Shown in pieces: positions 46,383 through 56,021 of a stretch of 64,000 nt of DNA. The translations under genes were made by a program, and so were the position numbers. The first letter of the stretch is position 1. Each line of letters begins with the position of its first letter. The notes beneath the pieces were generated by a model, which worked only from the letters and a program-made list of their open reading frames with translations, was not told where the DNA came from and made no database searches. This DNA is from Candidatus Zixiibacteriota bacterium (GTDB taxonomy: Bacteria > Zixibacteria > MSB-5A5 > CAIYYT01), in NCBI GenBank assembly GCA_040235515.1, contig JBECKX010000179.1, positions 15,232 through 79,231 of the forward strand, given 5' to 3'.

Positions 46383-46979
46383 TTACGCTGTTGCCTGCTC
46401 CGATATACGCGTGTAGTTGGCGATAATAACGCCCTTCGACGAGATCTTGCTGTCCGTTAGTTTGAACGCAGCCGAGATTGTACCATCAGAGAAGAGGCGC
46501 TTGCCGCTCCCGAGCGTTATCGGGAAAATCTTGAGCCATAACTCATCGACTAAATCATGCTTCAGGAGCGTCTGCACCAGATTGCCGCTTCCCCAGACGC
46601 GCAGATCGGGCCCATCATCACCCTTCAATTCCTTGATCTTTGCGACTACATCTCCCGAGAGAAGCACACAGTTTTCCCACTTAAGCTCGCGCGCCGAGTC
46701 GTGTGAAGCGACGTACTTTCTTACTTCATTGATGCCGGGCCATCCCTCACTATGCTCAGGCCAGAACCCGGCGAAGTTGTCGTAGGTCTTGCGACCGAGC
46801 AGCAGTTCGCAACGCTCCAATGACATCTGTTCACGCATCACCTTACCGGAGATTTCGTCGGCGTAGGGGTGCAGCCACCCGCCATGCTTGAAACCACCGC
46901 TCGTGTCCTCTTCGGGGCCGCCGGGCGCCTGCATGACACCGTCAAGCGTGACGAACTCAATGATGGTTAGCTTTCTCAT
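46383..46979 (-). CDS. dihydrofolate reductase family protein (RibD C-terminal domain-like)
   Basis: 198 aa. The N-terminus reads RKLTIIEFVTLDGVMQAPGGPEED...GGW, which is characteristic of the YwjB/RibD_C family. Confidence 0.75.
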   Translation of the reverse strand: MRKLTIIEFVTLDGVMQAPGGPEEDTSGGFKHGGWLHPYADEISGKVMREQMSLERCELLLGRKTYDNFAGFWPEHSEGWPGINEVRKYVASHDSARELKWENCVLLSGDVVAKIKELKGDDGPDLRVWGSGNLVQTLLKHDLVDELWLKIFPITLGSGKRLFSDGTISAAFKLTDSKISSKGVIIANYTRISEQATA

Positions 46980-47202
46980 AATCCTGCGTCAATGCCTCCG
47001 CGCTTTCGCTGCAATCCATCCGGTGCAGGGATCTGCATTTCCAGGGAGAGTAACGCTCATTGGGGGTCGCTACTCACCTGCACGTGCAGATAGAGCGACT
47101 CAGGGGACTGCAGATCTGCCCGCTTTTGGCCGCAGCCAGTTTCAATACGATTTGAATTTCAGAAGGGAATCAGCGGTCGGTTCGACCGCATGAATTCCAA
47201 AA

Positions 47203-47296
47203 TGGCGGAGTGGCAGGGATTCGAACCCTGGAGACGCTTTTGGCGCCTACACACTTTCCAGGCGTGCTCCTTCAGCCAGACTCGGACACCACTCCG
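47203..47296 (-). tRNA. tRNA-Ser (anticodon GGA), type II, CCA encoded
   Basis: Acceptor GGAGTGG/CCACTCC, anticodon loop CTGGAAA, long variable arm, T-arm GGTTCGAATCC and a 3' CCA. Confidence 0.85.
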
Positions 47297-47561
47297 TGAT
47301 CGTGCGCAATCGTGATCGTGTACAGATCAGGACGGCGAAGGGCTATAGCCATGAGAGGGCATAGCCTCAGGGCGCCGTATCAGGCAGGCAATTTATAATA
47401 TCGGCGCGAAAATGCAAACCGAAGTTGCTGCTATTCCAGTGGGGTTTGGAGATAAGAATCCTCCGCAGTTGGCGATCGCCCGGGTTAGCCGAGTTCTACG
47501 TACCAGAGCACCGCGGCGACTGTTATGAGCAGCAGCACGGTGAAGAGCAGGAGCGGGCTAA

Positions 47562-48512
47562 TCAGTCTCTTTTTTTTTTATTCTCGTCCACCGAGAGCTT
47601 CTGGGTAGCTTCGGCTTCTTCGGAATCCACGTCAGCATCCTCCCGAGGAAAATGCTCTTCCGCCAGCGCTTCGATTGCTCCCAGTTCCGGATCTTCGCCC
47701 CAGTCGACGGTCAGCCTGCGCAGTTCGTCGAAATTTTCCGCTTCTTCCTGTTCCTGAACATACGCCACGCAGACCGTAATATTGTCGACGCCGCCGGCAT
47801 TGTTGGCTTGCTCGATCAGCGCTCTGACGAGTTCGTGCGGATTATTTTTCGACTCAAGCGACGCCTTGAGGATGTCGGCATCGCTGATCATTCCGCAAAG
47901 ACCATCGGAACAGAGTATGAAGAGATCATCTTTTCTGAAACGAAGTTGAGAGATGTCGGTTCTGATCGCCGGTTTGGTTCCGAGCGCACGCGTGATTACG
48001 TTCTTGTTCACCTGCGCTTCAGCTTCCGCCTCGGAGATGTTATGTTTCTCCATCACTTCGCTCACCCAGGAGTGATCGACGGTAAGACGCTTGATGGCTC
48101 CGTCGCGCACCAGGTAAACGCGGGAGTCGCCCACATGGCAAACGCTGACAACGCCCTCCTGGAACTTGCACGAGACCACAGTGGTACCGAGACCACCACG
48201 AGTTGGATTCAGCCTCCCATGATCGATAACTCTGTGGTTGGCGGTCGCTATTGCGCCCACCAGGACCTTGCCATCATTGGTGATGTCGTCGGGCCAGCGG
48301 AACTCTCTGGAGTTAAACCGTTCGGCAGGCACCTGCTTAACGATTGAAGTGATCGTTTCGATAGCGATACCGGAGGCAACTTCTCCGGCTGCATGTCCCC
48401 CCATGCCGTCGCAAACCACCACCAGATTTTCTTCCGGTACGATGGCGAATGCGTCTTCGTTATGGTCGCGTACGCGACCTACATCTGTATCCCCGGCAAA
48501 GGTTATCTTCAT
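47562..48512 (-). CDS. PP2C-family Ser/Thr protein phosphatase with acidic C-terminal tail
   Basis: 316 aa with PP2C motifs (FAGDTDVGRVRDHNED, VCDGMGGHAAGEVAS, DNITV). It ends ...KKKRD, encoded over an A/T10 homopolymer. Confidence 0.8.
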   Translation of the reverse strand: MKITFAGDTDVGRVRDHNEDAFAIVPEENLVVVCDGMGGHAAGEVASGIAIETITSIVKQVPAERFNSREFRWPDDITNDGKVLVGAIATANHRVIDHGRLNPTRGGLGTTVVSCKFQEGVVSVCHVGDSRVYLVRDGAIKRLTVDHSWVSEVMEKHNISEAEAEAQVNKNVITRALGTKPAIRTDISQLRFRKDDLFILCSDGLCGMISDADILKASLESKNNPHELVRALIEQANNAGGVDNITVCVAYVQEQEEAENFDELRRLTVDWGEDPELGAIEALAEEHFPREDADVDSEEAEATQKLSVDENKKKRD

Positions 48513-48519
48513 CTCTTCG

Positions 48520-49839
48520 TTAGTCTCCCAGGAGCAATACCAGCAGAATTATAGCGAGTACCACGATTACGGCAAGGAGAATAAGTGCTGGTACGAGCAT
48601 CGCGTTTTTCTTAAGCGGCTCATAGTTCTCCTGCCCCCTGTAACAGAGTCGAAAGACCACTTCTCCTGTCGGCGCCGGAATAGAGATCACATCCTCCGGC
48701 GTAATGTTCTCGCGCTGATTAGGTTCAATGACTCTACCATTTATGTACGTTCTAAGCTTGCTTTTCTTGTCGACCAGATAGAGAAGTCCATCCTCGCTGG
48801 AGATTATCGCGAAGTGTTCGCGAGAAATCGACTTTTCAAGCTCACCCTTCTCGTTGCGATCAATCACCAGGTCGGCATTGCGCGGATCGCGCCCAACCAC
48901 GAATTCCCGGCAATCGATTTCCTGCGCCCGACCCTTGTATTGACCCGACAATCCGACGAGCGAGTACTCCGCCCGGATGCGTTGTTTCTGTCTTGAGTCA
49001 GCGGGTGGCTGCTCCACCGGCCGCTGCGCCGGAGGTTCGGTTTGACGCTGCTGCGGCGGCGCCTGTCGTTGCGACTGAGACGGTACGCGCGAGGGCTGTT
49101 GCGACTGTGAGCTTGGCGGCAGGTCAGCAGCGCTGATGATACGAGTCTCCTTCTCACTACCGCGTGGAGGCGGCGGTGGACCTGGCGCTTTCGGCTGTTC
49201 CGGCTTCGGAGGCTTTGTCTTCGGAGGTTCCTGTCTGGCAGTCGTGGGTTTGGGCGGCGGCGCCGGTTTTGCCTGCTGCTGCTGAGGCGGGGGTGATTTC
49301 TGCTGGGCCTGGGCGCGACGCTCCAGCTCTTCGATGTCGATCAGGGTTGTCGCCTTCTCGCTGCCGGCCGGTTTACCGGGAGCAGGCGGCGGTTCGACAC
49401 TTGCCGGCTTGGCCGCTTCCGGCTCAGGCGGCGGTGGCGCCATCGGCGTGACCGGGGCTGTGTCCCTGGAAACCGTGCCCTGCGGAGCCGCTGCCTGCGG
49501 CTTCTCCGCATGCTCGGGAGCCGACTCAGGAGCCGGTGTACCAAGCATCGGAGGATAAGTGACTATCACCAGGAAATCTTCAAAAGCGATCTTGTCACCG
49601 TCATTCAGCGCCACGCGATCGCTCCCTGGCTTGCCGTTGACGGTAAACTCGAGTTTGGGGGCGCGGCGTTCGAGATCGTAGCCGGCTGACGACTTGGTCA
49701 GGAAGAAAAGGTCACCTTCGTGCTTGGTGCCCTCCAGGCGTAGATCCATTGCCTCGCCAGCGCCAACTCGTGCGATATTGCCGTCGAATTCGAATACGGT
49801 ATGACTCTGCCCACCCTTCAGCACCACGAATCTTGCCAC
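48520..49839 (-). CDS. FHA domain protein (two FHA domains, Pro-rich linker, C-terminal TM helix)
   Basis: 439 aa. The N-terminal FHA runs from ARVGAGEAMDLRLEG to ALNDGDKIAF, and a second FHA lies near the C-terminus (SREHFAIISSEDGLLYLVDKKSKLRTYINGRVI). The Pro/Gln-rich middle has low complexity. Confidence 0.7.
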   Translation of the reverse strand: MARFVVLKGGQSHTVFEFDGNIARVGAGEAMDLRLEGTKHEGDLFFLTKSSAGYDLERRAPKLEFTVNGKPGSDRVALNDGDKIAFEDFLVIVTYPPMLGTPAPESAPEHAEKPQAAAPQGTVSRDTAPVTPMAPPPPEPEAAKPASVEPPPAPGKPAGSEKATTLIDIEELERRAQAQQKSPPPQQQQAKPAPPPKPTTARQEPPKTKPPKPEQPKAPGPPPPPRGSEKETRIISAADLPPSSQSQQPSRVPSQSQRQAPPQQRQTEPPAQRPVEQPPADSRQKQRIRAEYSLVGLSGQYKGRAQEIDCREFVVGRDPRNADLVIDRNEKGELEKSISREHFAIISSEDGLLYLVDKKSKLRTYINGRVIEPNQRENITPEDVISIPAPTGEVVFRLCYRGQENYEPLKKNAMLVPALILLAVIVVLAIILLVLLLGD

Positions 49840-49865
49840 GCTTAATCCTCCAGAATCGCTTCTGG

Positions 49866-51320
49866 TTATCTTCGCTTAATCTTGATTGTCACTATATACT
49901 CTTCCCCGGCCTTGATCTCTTTCTTCTCATCCTCATTCTTGTAGTTCTCATGCGATGCGATGAACTTGTACTTGGCCGGAGTAAGGTTAACCCTGATCTC
50001 CCCATCACTGTCGGTGCGCCCCAGATTACGATATTGATCTTTGCCATCAAGTTTGAATTCCGCCATCACGACGGCGCCCTCGACCGGTCGACGGTCATTG
50101 TCCACCACGACCAACCGCACGGAGCCGGAGTTCTCATCCTTCGCCGGCTGCTCAACGGTTTCACTTGAAGCACCCGATTGACTCGCAGTTTTCGGACGCA
50201 TCTGCACGCTGAATTCTTTGACGTAGGGGGTTATGATCGTGTCTGTTTCGACATAGCCATCAGCTTCAAACACCAGTCGGCACTCGATGCCGGGCAGACG
50301 CACCGATGCCGGTGTGACATCACTGCTGCCGTGGTCACGTCCCCCGTAGATGATGCGAGTCAGTTTTGCCTTGAGACTTTTCTCCGGGTTGGTGGCATCA
50401 TAGGCGGATAAATCGACGCGACGGAAGAGAGTCACCGGATAGGAGGGTTTACGATCGCCGGCAACGGGGATTTCCAGCACTCGATCTTCGAAGCCATCCT
50501 TGCTGATGGTTACCTGAACGCTGGTTTCGCCGAAGTCGTAGTTAAGCGGAGTTGTGCCCGCCTTAACGCCGGAGCCTTGAATCGTTACCTCCGCACCACT
50601 CGGGTAGGAGATGATGCGTGTCCGCGGCCTGTCGGCGAATGATCCAGAGAACTCAAGCCCGCCTGTCTCCAATTCGCGGAGGTCGAAGTCGGTAGATTGG
50701 TAATCGGCGAATTCCGCCAGGACGATTGGTCCACTATTGAGAGGGCGCTTGCCCCGCATTTCCAGATCGATCGTAATCGTGTCTCCGGCATTGACCGGGA
50801 ACTTGTAGGGCGTCGTCGCATTGATATCCTCGCCATTGAGGATAATCCTGGCGCCAACCGGGTCAGAGACGATGTTTATGGAAGTTTGTAAGACGATCGG
50901 TTCGGATTCGAAGCGGGCGAAGTCGACTACAAGTTGAGTATCTGGGCAACAAGGATGCATCAGCCGTACGACGCTGCCTTCCGTCATGGTGAAGGTCAGC
51001 GGTGTCGTGCCGATCAGGGAATCGCCGCTCAATACGGATGCCCCAACGGGCAGGGTCTGAAGTGTGCCGGTTTTGCTCTCCACAATCTGCGGTGGCGGTG
51101 GTGAATCATCATCTCCGCCAAGTTTGGAGATTGCGACGACAGCCACCACAACCAGCAGGAGGATCGCCACCACACCGAGAACGAGGATGGTGCGGTTGCC
51201 GCCGAGACCACTGCGCTTGGCACGATTGATCCGTTCTGCGACCGGCATCCCGCCGATGCGTGTTTCCTGACCGGGTTGCGGTCTTCTCTTCTCGTTGTCG
51301 TCAGACGAGTTCGCGTTCAT
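49866..51320 (-). CDS. PEGA-domain protein with N-terminal TM anchor and C-terminal CarboxypepD_reg-like beta domain
   Basis: 484 aa with a TM helix near the N-terminus. Repeated PEGA-like segments are present (GDSLIGTTPL, GARIILNGEDINATTPY, GAEVTIQGSGVKAGTTPL). Confidence 0.65.
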   Translation of the reverse strand: MNANSSDDNEKRRPQPGQETRIGGMPVAERINRAKRSGLGGNRTILVLGVVAILLLVVVAVVAISKLGGDDDSPPPPQIVESKTGTLQTLPVGASVLSGDSLIGTTPLTFTMTEGSVVRLMHPCCPDTQLVVDFARFESEPIVLQTSINIVSDPVGARIILNGEDINATTPYKFPVNAGDTITIDLEMRGKRPLNSGPIVLAEFADYQSTDFDLRELETGGLEFSGSFADRPRTRIISYPSGAEVTIQGSGVKAGTTPLNYDFGETSVQVTISKDGFEDRVLEIPVAGDRKPSYPVTLFRRVDLSAYDATNPEKSLKAKLTRIIYGGRDHGSSDVTPASVRLPGIECRLVFEADGYVETDTIITPYVKEFSVQMRPKTASQSGASSETVEQPAKDENSGSVRLVVVDNDRRPVEGAVVMAEFKLDGKDQYRNLGRTDSDGEIRVNLTPAKYKFIASHENYKNEDEKKEIKAGEEYIVTIKIKRR

Positions 51321-51618
51321 TGAACCTTACCCTATTCAATCAGTAAGAGGTGTTGTCATATTGCGCCGTGCACCGGAGAATCCGATACACACCCACCCGG
51401 CACGAAGCGGTCACCTGGTTCAACCTTGATTGCCATCAAGCGGCTTTGTAACCACTTCGCCGAGCGTTGATTCCTGCCAACCAAACGTATCGGGTAAATT
51501 TAGGAGTTTGCACCCATTTATCAACAGTAAACTCTCCCAGATTTGCGAGATTGTAACTTGCTGCGTTCTCTGCGCTTGCGCCTTGCGGTCCCCGTTTTGG
51601 GCGGTTCTGGAACAACAT

Positions 51619-51660
51619 AAAAGACCCTGCCGCGTGGTGTTCGGCAGGGCCTGATTTTTG
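51619..51660. terminator. rho-independent terminator-like hairpin (CCCTGCCG...CGGCAGGG) flanked by A- and T-runs on either side
   Basis: An 8-bp GC-rich stem with a 9-nt loop is followed by TTTTT on the plus strand and preceded by AAAAGA, which reads TCTTTT on the minus strand. It lies about 140 nt downstream of the minus-strand T9SS cargo gene. Confidence 0.5.
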
Positions 51661-51791
51661 CCGAGACCGTAGTATCCGTAGCGTGCGCGAGAAGAATCGA
51701 GCCACTACTAAAGGACTACGGTATTCGCTCTATTCAACTTTAGGAGCAATCGAGTAAAGTTTATACAGAGATTTTTCTACTTAACAAATAC

Positions 51792-52817
51792 CTACTTCAA
51801 CAATGTCATCTTGCGCGTAAGGCTGTAACCATCCGACGAGAGGCGGTAGAAATAGATGCCGCTGCTGGCTTGACGGCCATTCGCGTCGATTCCGTGCCAG
51901 GTAAAGGTATGCTCTCCCGCACCCAGTACGCCATCGAACAGCGTCGCCTGCTTGCGACCGAGGATGTCGTAGACCTCCAGGTTGACGTGGCCGCTCTTCT
52001 CCAGATTGAAGGCGATATTCGTTTCCGGGTTGAAGGGGTTAGGGTAGTTCTGCTGCAAGCGGAACTCACCCGGAATCACATAGTCGTTCTCATCGACACT
52101 GGTGAGGTTGTCCACCTTGGTCGTGATCATCTTTGAACCGGAATTGGTACCTTCGAACTGCGAAGTAGCCGTGACTGTCAGGTCATCCTCTTCACCCACA
52201 GTAGCGCCGACCGGAATCGTAACGCTGACTGTAACTTCAAGAGACTCGCCGGCGAGCAGATAGAAACCGCCGAGGGGTGCATCATGGCTGACCGCCCAGC
52301 CTTTATCGCTGGTGGCGCTGAAGCTGAAGAGGTCGGTGCCGTTACCTTCGTTATTGACGAAGACGGTGTAATCAACAACCGTTCCAGCTTCACCCTGCCC
52401 ATCATCCGCACCATCGACGGAGACGCCGAATGTTTGTTGAACCGATAGTTTCATCAACTTGGTAGCACCAAATTCGGACCAAATGTCATCATCGGGGCCG
52501 AGCTCAGTAGCCTGAATGCCATTGATGTAGAAATCTATGCTCTCGCCTATGGAGCATCCCTCATCTTCCGGTGAATTCGGATTATCAAGGTAAACAGCCA
52601 TAAACGTATACAAACCGGCCTTCATGAAGGTCTTCTCGCCGCAGATAACTCCATCATTGTCGACAGCCTGCAAGATCGCTCCCACTGGAACCGGCAAATC
52701 GTTTAATTCGCACGAATCGCTGGCCCAAGACATCCACTGCGGTGACTGTGCACTAGCAACACCCATACAGAGTAGCAGAAGGAGTCCGGTCAAGCTAATG
52801 ATCAACTTATTCTTCAT
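51792..52817 (-). CDS. secreted hypothetical protein with T9SS (Por) type-A C-terminal sorting domain
   Basis: A signal peptide is present. The CTD begins with the conserved motif QNYPNPFNPET..., includes IYFYRL and ends in K. Confidence 0.8.
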   Translation of the reverse strand: MKNKLIISLTGLLLLLCMGVASAQSPQWMSWASDSCELNDLPVPVGAILQAVDNDGVICGEKTFMKAGLYTFMAVYLDNPNSPEDEGCSIGESIDFYINGIQATELGPDDDIWSEFGATKLMKLSVQQTFGVSVDGADDGQGEAGTVVDYTVFVNNEGNGTDLFSFSATSDKGWAVSHDAPLGGFYLLAGESLEVTVSVTIPVGATVGEEDDLTVTATSQFEGTNSGSKMITTKVDNLTSVDENDYVIPGEFRLQQNYPNPFNPETNIAFNLEKSGHVNLEVYDILGRKQATLFDGVLGAGEHTFTWHGIDANGRQASSGIYFYRLSSDGYSLTRKMTLLK

Positions 52818-52872
52818 ATCAGATACCTCTTAAATTTCTCTGGAAATATAGAAATCGAACTCTTCTCCGCAA

Positions 52873-54909
52873 CTATTTTACCAGCATCATTTTCTTCGTC
52901 TCGGTGAAGTCACCTGCGGTGAGACGATAAAAGTAGATACCGGAAGGAACCACATTGCCTTCACTGTCATCACCATTCCAGGTGACACCATAGCTGCCAA
53001 CCGGAAGGGAACGATTCACGAGAGTGTTGACACGCTCACCGAGGAGGTTGAACACCTCGAGAGATACGAACTCTGTCTTTGGTACGTTGAACTCGATTAA
53101 CGTTGCTGGGTTAAACGGGTTCGGAAAATTCTGCTTAAGTACGAAATCTGTCGGCAATTCGGCTGAAGTGCGCTGCAGGCTGGTGAATTGACCAAGTTGC
53201 AGGCGCTGGCCGAACTGCTCGATCTGGTAGTCTTCATTGACCGGTTGACCATTGACACTAAAATTGACGCGACCGCCGCGTTGGGTGCCCTCATCGACCG
53301 GCGTGGAACCGAGATCGAAGTAGATCGGGGTGAACTTAACTACGCCACCCTGCTCTACCGTTGCGCTGCCGCAGAGATTGCCATCCTCATCGAACACTTC
53401 GATCATCGATCCGGCAGGAACGAGTTCGCCATCCAGGATGATTCCCTCACCATACATGTCGATCCATTCGGGCGTCGGAATCACGCCGCTCTGCGGGACT
53501 GCTTTGAAGTCTGCACCGGCAAAGGGATCAGTTACAAGCGGAACAAGACCCGGATAGGTCAGGGTGCCGGAGGCGGAAGTTTTCAGCCAATAGCCGAAAT
53601 GCGGGCTGAGGAAATCGAGATCGGAAAGAGTCGGCTCATTGGGATCGTATGTCTGTGCGGTGCCATTGAATCCGAGAACGACGATCAGGTCGTCGTGCAC
53701 TGATGCCAGCGCATCGATCGGTGCGAGATCACCATCGGGCAGGTAGCTGACCAGATTCCAGTTTTCTTCCAGCTCGATCGGTGTACCATCCGGAACAGCC
53801 ATACCGGTTACACAGAGAACGGTATCACATTCCATGCGGAACCAGTAGCCGTGCAGATGGTCCAGTTCTGACAAAGTTGAAAATTGCGGGAGGTCGGGAT
53901 CGTAGGTTGCGGCGCCGGCTTCAAAGCCGAAGATGGCGTCGATGCAGCCCTTGATGTCGGCGATGATAGTCTCAATATCATCACTCGGAGTATCGACATC
54001 CCAGCTGATCAGATTCCAGCCGGCGACCAGATCAATACAGCGAGTCACTTCGACCGGTTCTTCGACAACTTCCAGATGAACCGTTGCCCATTTTTTCTTC
54101 GGCACCGCCAGCTCGGAATATACCGAGAACGAGTCGACGTAGGTGCCGAGGGCGAGACCGGTTACATCGGGGGTGATATCAACGCTGCTGGGAGCGGTTC
54201 CGCTCGTCGGTGAAACGATGATCCAGCCAGGCAGATCGGCGATCTGCCAGTTCAACGGGTCTTCCCCGATATTGGTGATGCTCATTGCCTGCGATGGCGG
54301 ATTTACACCTATGACGGCGGTAAACCAGAATTCATCGGGTTCAAGCAGTGCTTCCGGCACATGTGTCGTCACCTGGATCAGCCCCTCATCGATCGGCGTC
54401 GCCACGTCATTACCGTTCACGTCCATAATCTTGTAGGCTACGTTCGGCGGAATGGTTGTCAGTCCGACGATGATATTCTGTGCGGTAGCGTTCTGGTCAA
54501 TCGTAATATAGACCTTCATCAGGAGGCCATCGCCCGGCAGCAACGGCGTCAGCGAATCGGCGTTGAAATCCACGAAGAACTTCGGGGGCTCATTGGTGAG
54601 GTTTTTCGTGATGACGCCGAGACCCTCGATACGTGAGCCGGCAGTCGAGACCGAGTCAATCACGACATCGACGCCGGGCGTGAACGTGAGTGGTACACAG
54701 ACAAAATCGAGAGTGTCGCCGTTGAAGAGATAAACCGGATAACAGAGATGCTGCCCATTTGCCGCTGTGGTGTCGGGCATATGGACATAGTTGAGTGCAC
54801 CGACCTGCTGCGCCTGGGTATGCGCCGGCAAAATCCCGATCAGAAAAATCAGTGGCAGTAGCAGAAGTGCCATTGGAGTTCTGATCTGCTTAATTGCGTT
54901 AACCTTCAT
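52873..54909 (-). CDS. large secreted hypothetical protein with T9SS type-A C-terminal sorting domain
   Basis: The preferred start is MKVNAIK, with a GGAGG RBS about 10 nt upstream and a signal peptide. The CTD is NFPNPFNPATLIEF...SGIYFYRLTAGDFTETKKMMLVK. Confidence 0.75.
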   Translation of the reverse strand: MKVNAIKQIRTPMALLLLPLIFLIGILPAHTQAQQVGALNYVHMPDTTAANGQHLCYPVYLFNGDTLDFVCVPLTFTPGVDVVIDSVSTAGSRIEGLGVITKNLTNEPPKFFVDFNADSLTPLLPGDGLLMKVYITIDQNATAQNIIVGLTTIPPNVAYKIMDVNGNDVATPIDEGLIQVTTHVPEALLEPDEFWFTAVIGVNPPSQAMSITNIGEDPLNWQIADLPGWIIVSPTSGTAPSSVDITPDVTGLALGTYVDSFSVYSELAVPKKKWATVHLEVVEEPVEVTRCIDLVAGWNLISWDVDTPSDDIETIIADIKGCIDAIFGFEAGAATYDPDLPQFSTLSELDHLHGYWFRMECDTVLCVTGMAVPDGTPIELEENWNLVSYLPDGDLAPIDALASVHDDLIVVLGFNGTAQTYDPNEPTLSDLDFLSPHFGYWLKTSASGTLTYPGLVPLVTDPFAGADFKAVPQSGVIPTPEWIDMYGEGIILDGELVPAGSMIEVFDEDGNLCGSATVEQGGVVKFTPIYFDLGSTPVDEGTQRGGRVNFSVNGQPVNEDYQIEQFGQRLQLGQFTSLQRTSAELPTDFVLKQNFPNPFNPATLIEFNVPKTEFVSLEVFNLLGERVNTLVNRSLPVGSYGVTWNGDDSEGNVVPSGIYFYRLTAGDFTETKKMMLVK

Positions 54910-55385
54910 TTGAGGAGGACCTCCTGGGTGCTTTAAGCACGGTGAATCGTTCGCGGGCAGCATCTGCTCACGAACTACCTGTAATTCGAATGCATTCGAA
55001 GCTTTGTACTTGAATGTACTTTCAGGATATAGTGCTATCCAATGCTGGGCGAGTAGCTCTTGTCAAACCATCCGATGGGTGTGTCTATCCGTAGAAGGCT
55101 GGGCGCACTTCGGGAGGGCTCTCCATCCTTCGCGCTCAATATATAGTGTCAGGTGGTTCTGTCAAGCTCATTTATCAGCAACCAATATCGCCTAACTGTC
55201 TATTTCTTAAACAGTTACGGAATTTTTCTGAAGTGACTTATAGGGTGGCGGCGCAACTACCGTTTGACAAAAGCCCTTGGCTTTGATTGATTTAGCCCGA
55301 AGAAATATTCGGGGGCGCTTTGGGAAGTTCGAGGGAAACCGATAAAATCCTATGTAGAGAGACTTCCGGATTCCTGGAGTAGCTT

Positions 55386-55898
55386 GTGCAGATTTCGCGA
55401 TACATGAGTGTCGACCTGATTCAACTCGAGATGCAGACTGAATTCATTGAGGTTGAAGAAGATGGCGCAGATATAGAGGTGACCGAAAAAGTCCTGCAGT
55501 CGCGCAAAGAGCTGCTGTTGCAGGAGTGTGTCCAGTTGCTCGATAAGTCAGGAAAAATCAGCAATCCGAGTAAGTTGTTGACCGACTTGTTCAATCGCGA
55601 AAAGAAGGCTACCACGGCGCTCGGGAAGGGGATTGCCATTCCGCATGTGCGCACTATGCAGGCGAAGGAATTCGTGATCGGATTTGCCCGCTCGACTGCC
55701 GGCTATGAGTTTGGTGCGCCTGACAACGAACGTGTCCATCTCTTCGTTCCGATGGCTGCGCCCCCCTACGATGACACTCTCTACCTCAAGGTATTCAAGA
55801 CACTCGCCGAGCTGTTTTCTTACCGGCAGTTGTATGAGCAGATCATGACAGCGGAACAACCGTACGATGTGATCCGTGCCATCCAGGAGATTGAGTAG
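55386..55898 (+). CDS. PTS EIIA type-2 domain protein (PtsN/EIIA-Ntr-like)
   Basis: The conserved His-containing motif GKGIAIPHVRT is present within a ~150 aa EIIA-2 fold. Confidence 0.6.
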   Translation: MQISRYMSVDLIQLEMQTEFIEVEEDGADIEVTEKVLQSRKELLLQECVQLLDKSGKISNPSKLLTDLFNREKKATTALGKGIAIPHVRTMQAKEFVIGFARSTAGYEFGAPDNERVHLFVPMAAPPYDDTLYLKVFKTLAELFSYRQLYEQIMTAEQPYDVIRAIQEIE

Positions 55899-56021
55899 GG
55901 AGTGGGGGAAGCCGTAAGCTGAGCAGAGCTGTTAAACTGGCTGGACAAAAGAGAAAGCAGAGTGATCCTGATGAACCACTCTGCTTTTTGTGCGATTGGG
56001 CGAAATCTCAGCGAGGATGGC

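Noticed and set aside
30038-47296. Possible genomic island bounded by the two tRNA-Ser genes
   Set aside because: No integrase, transposase or direct repeats of the tRNA 3' ends were seen. The content is housekeeping and signalling genes in consistent GC and codon style.
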